A stretch of DNA of 25,715 nt, from IMG/VR virus record IMGVR_UViG_3300025264_000101, positions 1-25,715 of that record. One strand, given 5' to 3'. This DNA is from a virus (taxonomy: Duplodnaviria > Caudoviricetes). The stretch's first letter is position 1, and each line of letters begins with the position of its first letter. A model generated the notes under the pieces. It searched no databases. It was not told the DNA's origin and saw only the letters and a program-made list of their open reading frames with translations. This document shows positions 15,943-23,917 of the stretch, piece by piece. Both the position numbers and the translations under genes were made by a program.

Positions 15943-17387
15943 CAGCGCATACCGGCGGCCTGTACCTGAACATCGATGCCTTGGGCATTTGTCCAGACGC
16001 CGCTGACATTCAGCCGGACGCGGTGAAAGCGGCCATTGGCGCGAACAGGTGCCCATCCGTCCGCATTAACGCTAGCCGCCGTGGTTGCTGTCTCGTCGTC
16101 TTGCTGCCGGTTGCGGGTCAGCACCTGCACGGTTGTCGTCGGGCTGATCCCAGTGACCAACGGCGTGACCGCATTGACCATGGCGCGTTGGCCATCGGGC
16201 AATGCCTGTTCGCCGGTTTCGATAACGCTGGTCAGGGCGGTGCCGGTGAACGTGCTGATCTTACTGGCGTCACTGCCAGCAAAAGCGAACTCGCCGCCTT
16301 TCCAAATCGAACTGTCCAGACTAGCAGGCAAGGCGTCCAGGCTGCTGTTGACGTTGTTTAACTGTTCGAGTGTGTAGCCAGCCGTGAAAATTGGCGCGAC
16401 CACATCCGTCTCCACCTCGCCTCTTGACCAACGGCCCAGTGAATAATTGTAAATCAGTAACTTGTTTGGTTGTGATCCGCCGTTGCCACCGCTGTAGGCC
16501 AGGACATAGAGTTTGTTGACCGGGTCGATGGCCGCAGAACAGCGTTCGACGTCACCAAGGTTCAGGTCATCAGCAAAAAAGCGGTCCACCTTCTCGGTGC
16601 CGATTGGCGTCGATGCCGCGCCGTCAAATAAATAAAATCCGTCGTTGCTGTAATAAATTGTGTTGTTGCCGAGAGCTGCGACGCTACCGGGTATCGAACA
16701 GCCCCTGGTGGTTTCCACAGCATCGAACTGGAAGACCAAAGGCGAACCAGCGTATGTGCCGCGGACAATGCCTTTTTCGCATAAGATGGTCGCGAACTCA
16801 CCGCCGACCAGGCCGGTAATGGCACCCAATCCATAGATTGTTTGGGCGTCACTTTGCGTTGTAGCGCTGGCCGCCCAAGCCGTGCTGTCTCCTAAGCCGG
16901 ACCAGCGTACCTGTTGGTTGCTGGTCGAGGTGTTGGCGGTCATGACGAAGTCCCTGACGACCGCGATATATTTGGCTGTCGGTGCGCCGGAAACATCAGC
17001 GAAAAGCGATGAACTGCCGAGCGTGTAGGACTGCAATATCTGCGAATTACTGGCCGCGATGACGATGTTTCCGAACTGCACAAACCGCCAGGGTTCGTCG
17101 CCGGTCAGCGTGTAATTACCGGACTTGGAAACATTGTCGAGGTCGCTGTCACCAACACCAAATAGATATAGTTTCGTGCCATCCCCGGCAAACAACTTGA
17201 CTGTGCCACTGGACTGCTTGGCCGGGAAAATCCCCCGCAGGCGTGCGTCCGCAGCATTCGATAACGCCGATAAACTGGGCAATGGCCGGTAGCCACGCGC
17301 CGTAGGTATTACGTTCAGGGCGTCCGCACAGCCAGACCCCAGGCTTGGCTGGTCGGGCGTCCATTCGCCAAAATTAACTGCCGTCAT
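15942..17387 (-). CDS. Tail hub / packaged-DNA stabilisation protein (P22 gp10-like)
   Basis: 481 aa, beta-propeller-like composition (FGEWTPDQP, VRWSGLGD, IGTEKVDRFF). ATG 17387 has an ATGA overlap. Confidence 0.7.
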   Translation of the reverse strand: MTAVNFGEWTPDQPSLGSGCADALNVIPTARGYRPLPSLSALSNAADARLRGIFPAKQSSGTVKLFAGDGTKLYLFGVGDSDLDNVSKSGNYTLTGDEPWRFVQFGNIVIAASNSQILQSYTLGSSSLFADVSGAPTAKYIAVVRDFVMTANTSTSNQQVRWSGLGDSTAWAASATTQSDAQTIYGLGAITGLVGGEFATILCEKGIVRGTYAGSPLVFQFDAVETTRGCSIPGSVAALGNNTIYYSNDGFYLFDGAASTPIGTEKVDRFFADDLNLGDVERCSAAIDPVNKLYVLAYSGGNGGSQPNKLLIYNYSLGRWSRGEVETDVVAPIFTAGYTLEQLNNVNSSLDALPASLDSSIWKGGEFAFAGSDASKISTFTGTALTSVIETGEQALPDGQRAMVNAVTPLVTGISPTTTVQVLTRNRQQDDETATTAASVNADGWAPVRANGRFHRVRLNVSGVWTNAQGIDVQVQAAGMR

Positions 17388-17968
17388 TGCCTCACCCAAC
17401 TTTCATTTCCTGTCGATACCGTAGCCCAGACTTCAGACCCGGCGCTGATTTCTGACCATGTCTCGCTCTCGTCCGATACGGACGACCAGTCCTCGCCAAG
17501 GATTTCTCCAGCAGCAACCACCGTCACTGTTGGCGCCAGTGCGGCCTCACCAAGGGCTGTGCGTGTAGCCTCCGCGCTGATTGCGGCACTCACCGCCAGG
17601 GCGCTTTCACCCAATGCAACCCGCGTGCCAGCGGCAGCAACCGTAGCCGATACACTTGGCGTGGCTGCGCCTAGCGCAACCCGTACGCCAGCCGCTGCAA
17701 CTGTTGCTGAAACACTTGGCGTAGCCGCGCCTAGCGCGACCCTAGTTCCTGCCGCTGCAACTGTTGCCGAAACGCTTAGTGCTGCCGCACCGCCGATGAT
17801 CTTTTCGGCTGTCGCTGCAACCGTGGCCGAAACACTTAGCGCAGACGCACCATCCCTTAGTGTCGCAGTGTCCCAGAACGAGTTATCAAGCGACGTCGGG
17901 AAGTTATCAAGGTTCCCGCCATACCAAGAGTCGAGTTGGTCTAGTGTTGGGCCAACAATGTCGGCCAT
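17384..17968 (-). CDS. Virion protein with 20-aa tandem repeats
   Basis: About six copies of LGAATPSVSATVAAAGTRVA, then C-terminal W-x9 repeats (WSSVSDESET, WSEISAGSEV, WATVSTGNES). Confidence 0.75.
   Translation of the reverse strand: MADIVGPTLDQLDSWYGGNLDNFPTSLDNSFWDTATLRDGASALSVSATVAATAEKIIGGAAALSVSATVAAAGTRVALGAATPSVSATVAAAGVRVALGAATPSVSATVAAAGTRVALGESALAVSAAISAEATRTALGEAALAPTVTVVAAGEILGEDWSSVSDESETWSEISAGSEVWATVSTGNESWVRQ
17500..17850 (-). repeat. 60-bp degenerate tandem repeat (coding)
   Basis: Sequence lines 17641, 17701, 17761 and 17821 align at a 60-nt period. Boundaries approximate. Confidence 0.8.
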
Positions 17969-17972
17969 GTGA

Positions 17973-18362
17973 TTAGGCCGCCGTTATGGTAATCGCGCCA
18001 TTGGCGATCTGCATGACGTCCCCGTCAGAAATGACCTTGGAGGCCGTGAGGCTTCCGTGAAAGAGCAAGTTTCCAGAACTCACAGCGTCGTGTATTCCGA
18101 TATGTGTCAAAGTGCCCCAAGCTCCCCCTGAGGCCGTAGGGAAGGTCACCACGCCTGAAGAGGTGGCTACACCACCGGACGCTGCGCCGAAGTTAATATC
18201 CTGCCGCGCATACCCGTTCCCTGAAATTTCTGTCCCAGACCCGGCGTCGGTCGGGTCCGATGTCCAGAGTGAAAGGAACACGTTGGTCGGCGCTGTGTAT
18301 GACCCCGTTCCAAGCATGTGATCTAACATTTCGTTTTCGGCAAAATTACTTAAAGCTGCCAT
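17973..18362 (-). CDS. Virion structural / head-fibre-like protein
   Basis: AAGGAG RBS. LSNFAENEMLDH...LWTSDPTDAGSGTEISGNGYARQ...FPTA...GNLLF pattern. Confidence 0.8.
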   Translation of the reverse strand: MAALSNFAENEMLDHMLGTGSYTAPTNVFLSLWTSDPTDAGSGTEISGNGYARQDINFGAASGGVATSSGVVTFPTASGGAWGTLTHIGIHDAVSSGNLLFHGSLTASKVISDGDVMQIANGAITITAA

Positions 18363-18374
18363 TTAATATTCTCC

Positions 18375-18998
18375 TTACGGGGTAGAGCCGGTTTTCATTT
18401 GTAGAGGCGATCCGCCCCAACGCGCCTCGTCGTCCTCGGCCTTGATCTCGGACATCGCCCTACTGAATAACTGGTCAAAGTTGTTGGCTTGGTTGGGGCC
18501 CATCAAATATCTGTGAGCCTCTGTCAGCGTGCCGTACAAGTAGGCGTCTGGGGATCGCGTCAGATAGGTGTTGACCGCGTTGCTTGAACTTAGGGCCGGG
18601 ATGCCTTGGGTATATAAAATCTCGGCGGTGTAGCCGCTGTCCGGTGTCGGTGCCCATTTTATTTCGGTGCCGATCACCGTATAGACCAATGGCTTGCCGG
18701 TCGTCGTGCTGGGATAGGTCCGCTCTAGTTGGCTAGGCGGCATGTAGCGCAGCACCGTTGTCGGCGTGGTGTTCAACTGGACTGCCCTGATCGTGCGAAG
18801 ATCAGTAGGCAACGACGTGTAAGCATCGTCGGCCACCAGGGTCGCGGTAGAACGCACCTCTTGCGCACGCGCAAAAACGGTCCTGTTGATCCGGCCTTCG
18901 GCCAGTGCGATGAACTCCGGTATGCGGTCGGTCAGGTCATCTCTGCCCAGCCAATTCGCCGCCGCCGTCTTCAATTCATCGAATGTTGTGATAGCCAT
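18375..18998 (-). CDS. Head-to-tail adaptor protein
   Basis: MAITTFDELKTAAANWLGRDDLTDRIPEFIALAE...PDAYLYGTL; two genes downstream of the capsid gene. Confidence 0.75.
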   Translation of the reverse strand: MAITTFDELKTAAANWLGRDDLTDRIPEFIALAEGRINRTVFARAQEVRSTATLVADDAYTSLPTDLRTIRAVQLNTTPTTVLRYMPPSQLERTYPSTTTGKPLVYTVIGTEIKWAPTPDSGYTAEILYTQGIPALSSSNAVNTYLTRSPDAYLYGTLTEAHRYLMGPNQANNFDQLFSRAMSEIKAEDDEARWGGSPLQMKTGSTP

Positions 18999-19325
18999 CT
19001 AAACCAGCCTGCCGCCTGTGGTGCGGAAATGTTTGTTGTCTGGATCTTGCAACCAGCGCATCCAGCGTTTCTTGTTGTGCTTCGGGTCGCCGAACTTGGC
19101 CAGCAAGTCGAAGTAAATTGCAGTCGGTATCTCGGCCACTTTCTGATGGTGCTTCTGCGTGTTGCCAATCATCTGGCCGGGTCGCCAAGCGGATTCCTCT
19201 GCCTTGGCAGCATCCAAAACCGGCGAAGCATCTTGTTCAGTCCTGAAGCCCAGACCATCGGCGTCATCAGTCAGCCAGGTCTTTCTTCGCAAAAGTGGAT
19301 CAGATGATAAAAGTCTTTTACCCAT
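18999..19325 (-). CDS. Conserved hypothetical head-region protein
   Basis: EQDASPVLD...KVAEIP...WLQDPDNKHFRT..GRL; follows the capsid gene. Confidence 0.75.
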   Translation of the reverse strand: MGKRLLSSDPLLRRKTWLTDDADGLGFRTEQDASPVLDAAKAEESAWRPGQMIGNTQKHHQKVAEIPTAIYFDLLAKFGDPKHNKKRWMRWLQDPDNKHFRTTGGRLV

Positions 19326-19336
19326 GGCCTCGCCAT

Positions 19337-19389
19337 AAAAAAAGCGGCCTGAGCCGCTGGAAAAGGTGGGGGAGACCGAAGCCTCCCCC
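19337..19389 (-). terminator. Tandem hairpins/terminators after the major capsid gene
   Basis: GGGGGAGGC-TTCG-GTCTCCCCC (19368-19389), then AGCGGC-TCAG-GCCGCT with a T-run (19337-19358). Confidence 0.8.
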
Positions 19390-19403
19390 GTTAGATACTG
19401 GTA

Positions 19404-21099
19404 CTAGGAGCCGTTCAGGTCAGCTACCCACGCGCTTGCTTTTGGAGCTTTCATTATGAGAGTCCATTCTGAAAGCACGACGAACTTGGTAGCGTCTCCC
19501 GTTGGCGCTACAGATTCTACATTAAACATGCGGCCTGGAAGGTGGCCGATGCTGTAGAAATCCGAATCTAGCAACCAGATACGGTCGTCTTCATTGAATC
19601 TATCAATGACGACGTCCAACATGCCGAACTTGCTGTTTACTGCGAGGCTCTTTATCCCCGCTCCCACCTTTAGATGGGTGTCGGACTATATCATCACCCC
19701 GATGGGGTGTTCCGCGCTCTTGGGCCTTTACCGTCCCGGTGGGACTCCATGACCTAGTCTCTGGACCTGCCTGCCATTACTGACAGGATTGGCTGCTGAT
19801 TACCTTGCCTTACGGTTTAGGCTTCCAGCAATTCACGGAATTTTAGACGGACCTCGGCTAGTGAATTTGATCCGTCAAATACATCGAAACGCTTCCGATG
19901 ATTGTGGCTTCCTTCGGGGAAGTCATGTGCAACTGGTTGGTCACTGCGCTGCCCGAATTAAGGTCGGAGAAATTGACCTTGTTGGTGGGGCTAACCACCA
20001 TCATGTCGGGCTGGCCGCCATCGGTGTAGGCCGCTTTCATGGCCGTATCGATTTTAGCCAACGTCAACGCTGCGTTAGTCCCGGCGAGATCGCTGACATT
20101 TGAACCATCGCCCGTCGCTGTCGTAGACGGCGAAATCACGCTCTGGTTTGTCATGTACGAAGCCAATTTACCGGCTTTACGAGTGTCCGAAGCATTACGC
20201 GCTTCAACAGTGATGAGACATTTCTCAATGTCGCGTCTTTGCTCTAACCCTTTGCCTTTTGTTCAACAGAGTTCGCAAAACCCTGCCCGTCCAATATTGG
20301 ACTGCTGCATGTTTCCATACAGAGCGGACTATATCTTCACCCTATGAGGGGCTGGGCGCTTCGGATTGCTTAATCCTACTTCCTAGCGGAATAGTCTCTG
20401 AACCTTCCCCCGCAGGGGCTTGGCTGCTGATTGTCCTCGCCATCATGCGTTAGGATGTTCCAGCAATTCACCCAGTTGTTTGCTGCCTGTTACCAGACAG
20501 GCTACCCAAAAATACTAAGCAGCTTAACGTAGGCCGTTTCCTTGTCACGGCCTGCCTTATCGACCGCGTCCAATGTGCCGGATACGCTGGCGGCATTGGC
20601 CGAGATCTGATGGTAGTTACCCAATCTTGTGGTCATTATCTTCAGGACAGTTCGCTAAACCATCCCCGCCCCTCAGGGCCGCTGCATGTCGCCATGCAGA
20701 TGAGACTATATTATCACCCCGGTGGGGTGTTCCGCGCTTCCCCGCCGCTTGGCAGGTACTCCTTTCGGATAGTCGTTGAACCTTCCCTTGCGGGCTTGGC
20801 TGCTGATTATCTCGGAGAGACTTCCCAGCAATTCACGGAATTTTCAGTCACGCCTTGCGACGTAACGGGCCTACAAATTAAGCCGTTGGGTTAACATACG
20901 AATAATCGGCCCCTTCGTTTTTAGCATTACCATTATCTGCGGCTGCTAATTCCTGGACCTGCCATTCGTGAAACACGCCCTTAGTTACTTCCCGTTTGGC
21001 ATTCGAGAAAATGGGCGTCTCGTCTGGGTCGATTCTGGTTATGACATTAACCAAATCTTCCTTTTCGCCAATAGCTGACGAGGTTGTGTAGGTTGCCAT
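19404..21099 (-). CDS. Major capsid protein (SU10/DUF5309-like), spliced: join(20881..21099, 20518..20633, 19870..20254, 19404..19628), 314 aa
   Basis: AGGAGG RBS; follows the scaffold gene. Exons total 219+116+385+225 = 945 nt in one frame. Junctions read NPTA|TTRLGNYHQI, AYVKLL|KGLEQRRDIE and MYLTD|FGMLDVVIDR. The EDL..I..I.P.ETP and HEWQ..EL motifs fit this capsid family. Confidence 0.9.
19629..19869 (-). ncRNA. Group I intron 3 of the capsid gene (241 nt, no P2, no ORF)
   Basis: P AATTGCTGGAA, Q AATCAGCAG, R CCAGAGACTA, S ATGATATAGTCC. P1 GACGGAU/GUCCGUC; P10 GCCGAG/UUCGGC; P3 TTCCGTG/CGCGGAA; P8 CACCCC/GGGGTG; ends ...CAGCAAG. Confidence 0.93.
20255..20517 (-). ncRNA. Group I intron 2 of the capsid gene (263 nt, IA-like, no ORF)
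   Basis: P AATTGCTGGAA, Q AATCAGCAG, R TCAGAGACTA, S AAGATATAGTCC. P1 GCUGCU/GGUAGC; P10 UUUUUG/CAAAGG; P2 with GUAA loop; P3 CTGGGTG/CGCCCAG; P9 with GAAA loop; ends ...AAAAGG. Confidence 0.93.
20634..20880 (-). ncRNA. Group I intron 1 of the capsid gene (247 nt, IA-like, no ORF)
   Basis: P AATTGCTGGGAA, Q AATCAGCAG, R TCAACGACTA, S ATAATATAGTCT. P1 GGCU/GGCC with U-G wobble; P2 with GCAA loop; P3 TTCCGTG/CGCGGAA; P7.1, P7.2, P8 and P9 hairpins; ends ...GATAATG. Confidence 0.92.
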
Positions 21100-21110
21100 G
21101 ATGGCACCTC

Positions 21111-22151
21111 CTATCGTTCAAGCAGATATTCAACGGCTGCATCCATAGAATCTCTGCCCTTGGTTTGTGAAATGCGGGAGAGCTTGTCAGCCTGCCGCCT
21201 TGAGGATTTTTCGGCTTTGCTTTTAGGTCGGCCAGCGCGAACCATTCGGGGCGCGTTCTTGACTTTGACCTTGGCCTTGGGCGTTTCGTTCTGCAAGGCG
21301 TCGAATAACATTGCCTTACGCAAAATCGAAATTGCCCGACTATCAGATGCTTGGCTTAGCTCTTGCTCACTGAATCCGGAGCGCTGGGCGTATGTGATGA
21401 CGTCGGATTTCTCCTTCGCCGCCACGTCGTTATCCCGCCATTCGGGTATTCGCTCAAGAAGTGCTGCGTGTTCATTCTGGAGATGCGCCGCCCACTGCTG
21501 TTGCGTAGCGGCGGTGTGCTGGGCCTGCAACGCTGCCCGTTCTTCTTGGACTTGGCGTTGTTTTTCTTGACGGTCACGAAACTGATCCCGCTGAACCATG
21601 TATTCCATTGGGTCGTCGTCTCGCAACTGGTCCCAGTTTGGTTCCGGTTCCCCGGCACCTGTCTGCAACATCTCGTCGGCCATTTGCAGCCTGGTGGCGA
21701 GGTGCGCTCTCATCTCTGAAAGCTCCTGGCTCGCCTGCGCAAATTGCTGGCGTTCGCCATCGACCGCTTTACGGTCGGCAGCTAATGCCTGCGTCTTTTG
21801 CGTATAGTCGCCACCACGCTGATAGCCAGCGATCAGCTCGTCCGCCGATACATCAACATCCTCACCGGCAACCTTTACCGTGTAGTAGTCAATGGTGGCT
21901 TCATCACTGTCGTCGTCATCGTCGTCTGCGACCTGGTCTTGGTCATCCTCGGCGTCTGCGTTTGCCGCTTCCACGGGCGCGTCGTCCTCGGCGTCGTCTG
22001 TGCCAGCGTCGAGTATTTCCGGCGCTGGTTGCTCTTCCGCTTCGACCGGAGGTTCCTGTTCTGGAGCCGGTATAGACAGAAGGTGTTCGACCGCGCTGTT
22101 TACAGACAGCGGGCCGGTGCCAGTCCCTTCAGGGATGCTGGTATCAGCCAT
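21111..22151 (-). CDS. Capsid scaffolding protein
   Basis: Acidic low-complexity N-terminus, YTVKVAGEDVDVSADELIAGYQRGGDYTQKTQALA, coiled coil; directly upstream of the capsid gene. Confidence 0.85.
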   Translation of the reverse strand: MADTSIPEGTGTGPLSVNSAVEHLLSIPAPEQEPPVEAEEQPAPEILDAGTDDAEDDAPVEAANADAEDDQDQVADDDDDDSDEATIDYYTVKVAGEDVDVSADELIAGYQRGGDYTQKTQALAADRKAVDGERQQFAQASQELSEMRAHLATRLQMADEMLQTGAGEPEPNWDQLRDDDPMEYMVQRDQFRDRQEKQRQVQEERAALQAQHTAATQQQWAAHLQNEHAALLERIPEWRDNDVAAKEKSDVITYAQRSGFSEQELSQASDSRAISILRKAMLFDALQNETPKAKVKVKNAPRMVRAGRPKSKAEKSSRRQADKLSRISQTKGRDSMDAAVEYLLER

Positions 22152-22178
22152 AATTAATTAACCTTTCGATTGTGGCGG

Positions 22179-22427
22179 TTAGTCGATGCCTAGTTGCCGC
22201 CGGGAGAGTTCGCCTGTTACGGCGATTTGCTCGATGTGCCCGCGCACGTCGCGCAGGGCTGTGGTGAGCGCGAATAATCTCTCACGCTCGTCCGTTTGAC
22301 CTGTGGCTGTTGCTTTCCAACTAGCCGTGTAGGTCGATTCCAATGTTTCAAATGCTTCCGCTAACAGTTCGTTTCGAAGAAGCAACTCGGCGGCTTTGCC
22401 GCGTGCGATTTCCTCTTCGCGGTTCAT
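22179..22427 (-). CDS. Small conserved head-region protein
   Basis: RGKAAELLLRNELLAEAF...W...ERERLF; helical, located between portal and scaffold. Confidence 0.75.
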   Translation of the reverse strand: MNREEEIARGKAAELLLRNELLAEAFETLESTYTASWKATATGQTDERERLFALTTALRDVRGHIEQIAVTGELSRRQLGID

Positions 22428-23917
22428 GGGCCTAGGAACATGTCAGGATAAGATTGTTTCTTCGGCTTCACTCGCCTTTCGTCTTCAGGAAGGGAAAGGT
22501 CTGGCGGCGGTGGCGGCGGAGCCTGCCAAGTCACCGTGTCTGGATCAAATACCCTCGTATTTTCACCATACGGATTTGGCGGTGATCCCATCAGGCCATA
22601 CTCACCAATGTTGTACATGCCGCCATGTTGAGCCAGCCCACTCTCAGCCGCTACCCGCTCCAATTCTGGTAGGAACTCCCTAAACTTGGCAGGGACATCG
22701 CCCACCCACGGCACGATATTGGTTCCGCCGGATGTATGAACTGCGCCGGGCACGCCGCCTTCCGCGGCTCTCTTCATGACTTCAATCGATGCTGGGTTCA
22801 GAAAGACTTGTTGCCTTAGATTTTCCAGTTCGAGCGCTTCTTGTTCTGGGCCTTGCAACGCACGCTGGAAATAGTTCTCTAGCTGGTTAGCCATTCTGGG
22901 ATCAGCGGTCGGATCTGGGGCCATGCGTCGCATGCCGTACATCGCTAAGGCCAGCGGCAAAGCTGCGCCTGCAAATGAACCGGCAGCGGCAGAGCCTGGG
23001 CCGCCGAGTGCGCCGCCTGTTAGGGCACCGGATGCGAAACCCGACATTGGAGCGCCAAGGTAAGTCGTGCCTAAAAATGCTGGTGCTGCTCCAAAGCCCG
23101 TTGCGCCAATACCGCCTAAATCCATAACCGCTTGCTGTGCAATCGTTGGCGTTGCTCCAGAACCAAGCGCCTGAATGCCGCCCAAGTCCATAGCCGCCTG
23201 CTGCGCCGTTGTTAGCCCCGGTGTCGTGGTCCCATAAGCTGACTGAATAGCCTGAGCTTGTTCCGCCCAAGTCGGGGCGAATTCTGACGTTGCCAGACCG
23301 CCATCGCCATATAATTGAGTGGCATCAATAGGCAGGCCTAGGTTGCCAGGTTGCGCGGCAACTGAAGCAGGGTCAACCATCGGGAAGGCATCCACCATTG
23401 GCGGCGTCAACGATTGAACCGGGGCGTTTGAAAGTAAGCCACCGTCTAGCGTTGGTGCGATCCCCTCACCAAACGCGCCACCGGGCATCTCTGGGATAGC
23501 GCCGCTCTGGTAAGCCTCAATTAATCCCGCTGGCATATCGCTAGGCCCGAACGACGTGCTGAAGAAATCACTGAGCGGCACGTCACTGAATGGATTCAAT
23601 GCGTCCCAGTTCAGGTTGCCGGTATCGATGCCAGCATGGTCAAGCAGGCTTTTGCCCGTCAGTAGACTGGACAGGTTGTTGGCACCGCCAAGCACGGATG
23701 CAGCCGACAGTAAGCCGCCCAGCGTGCTGGTGTCCGCGCCGCCGCCGAAGTCGCCTGATGTCAAGCCTCCACCGCCACCGCCACCATAGCTCGGATAAGT
23801 GCCCGACCAGTCGCCGCCTGTCGGGGAATAGGCGTAGGCTCTTGTGGGCGCGTAGGTGGCAAAACCCGGTGCAGTCAGATATTCGGGCGTCGGTGGTGCC
23901 CAGGTTCCAATAGGCAT
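22424..23917 (-). CDS. Gly/Ala/Pro-rich low-complexity protein (497 aa)
   Basis: Long ORF abutting the portal stop and coupled to the next gene; internal repeat AQQA(A/V)MDLGGI. Confidence 0.7.
   Translation of the reverse strand: MPIGTWAPPTPEYLTAPGFATYAPTRAYAYSPTGGDWSGTYPSYGGGGGGGLTSGDFGGGADTSTLGGLLSAASVLGGANNLSSLLTGKSLLDHAGIDTGNLNWDALNPFSDVPLSDFFSTSFGPSDMPAGLIEAYQSGAIPEMPGGAFGEGIAPTLDGGLLSNAPVQSLTPPMVDAFPMVDPASVAAQPGNLGLPIDATQLYGDGGLATSEFAPTWAEQAQAIQSAYGTTTPGLTTAQQAAMDLGGIQALGSGATPTIAQQAVMDLGGIGATGFGAAPAFLGTTYLGAPMSGFASGALTGGALGGPGSAAAGSFAGAALPLALAMYGMRRMAPDPTADPRMANQLENYFQRALQGPEQEALELENLRQQVFLNPASIEVMKRAAEGGVPGAVHTSGGTNIVPWVGDVPAKFREFLPELERVAAESGLAQHGGMYNIGEYGLMGSPPNPYGENTRVFDPDTVTWQAPPPPPPDLSLPEDERRVKPKKQSYPDMFLGP

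Noticed and set aside
19629-20880. Inserts as group II introns, IS/MITEs, inteins or a CRISPR array
   Set aside because: No GUGYG start or domain V, no terminal inverted repeats or target duplications, in-frame stops exclude inteins, and the shared blocks are ribozyme core elements rather than regularly spaced repeats.
20259-20894. Plus-strand ORFs over the introns (20259..20453, 20573..20779, 20610..20894) as homing endonucleases
   Set aside because: Short, antisense, and without HNH, GIY-YIG, LAGLIDADG or PD-(D/E)XK motifs.
19404-21099. Capsid fragments as a pseudogene, separate small genes (19404..19667, 19858..20166, 20878..21099) or a frameshifted gene
   Set aside because: The gaps are 241-263-nt inserts with complete group I cores, and precise excision restores one frame. 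Flanking virion genes are intact.
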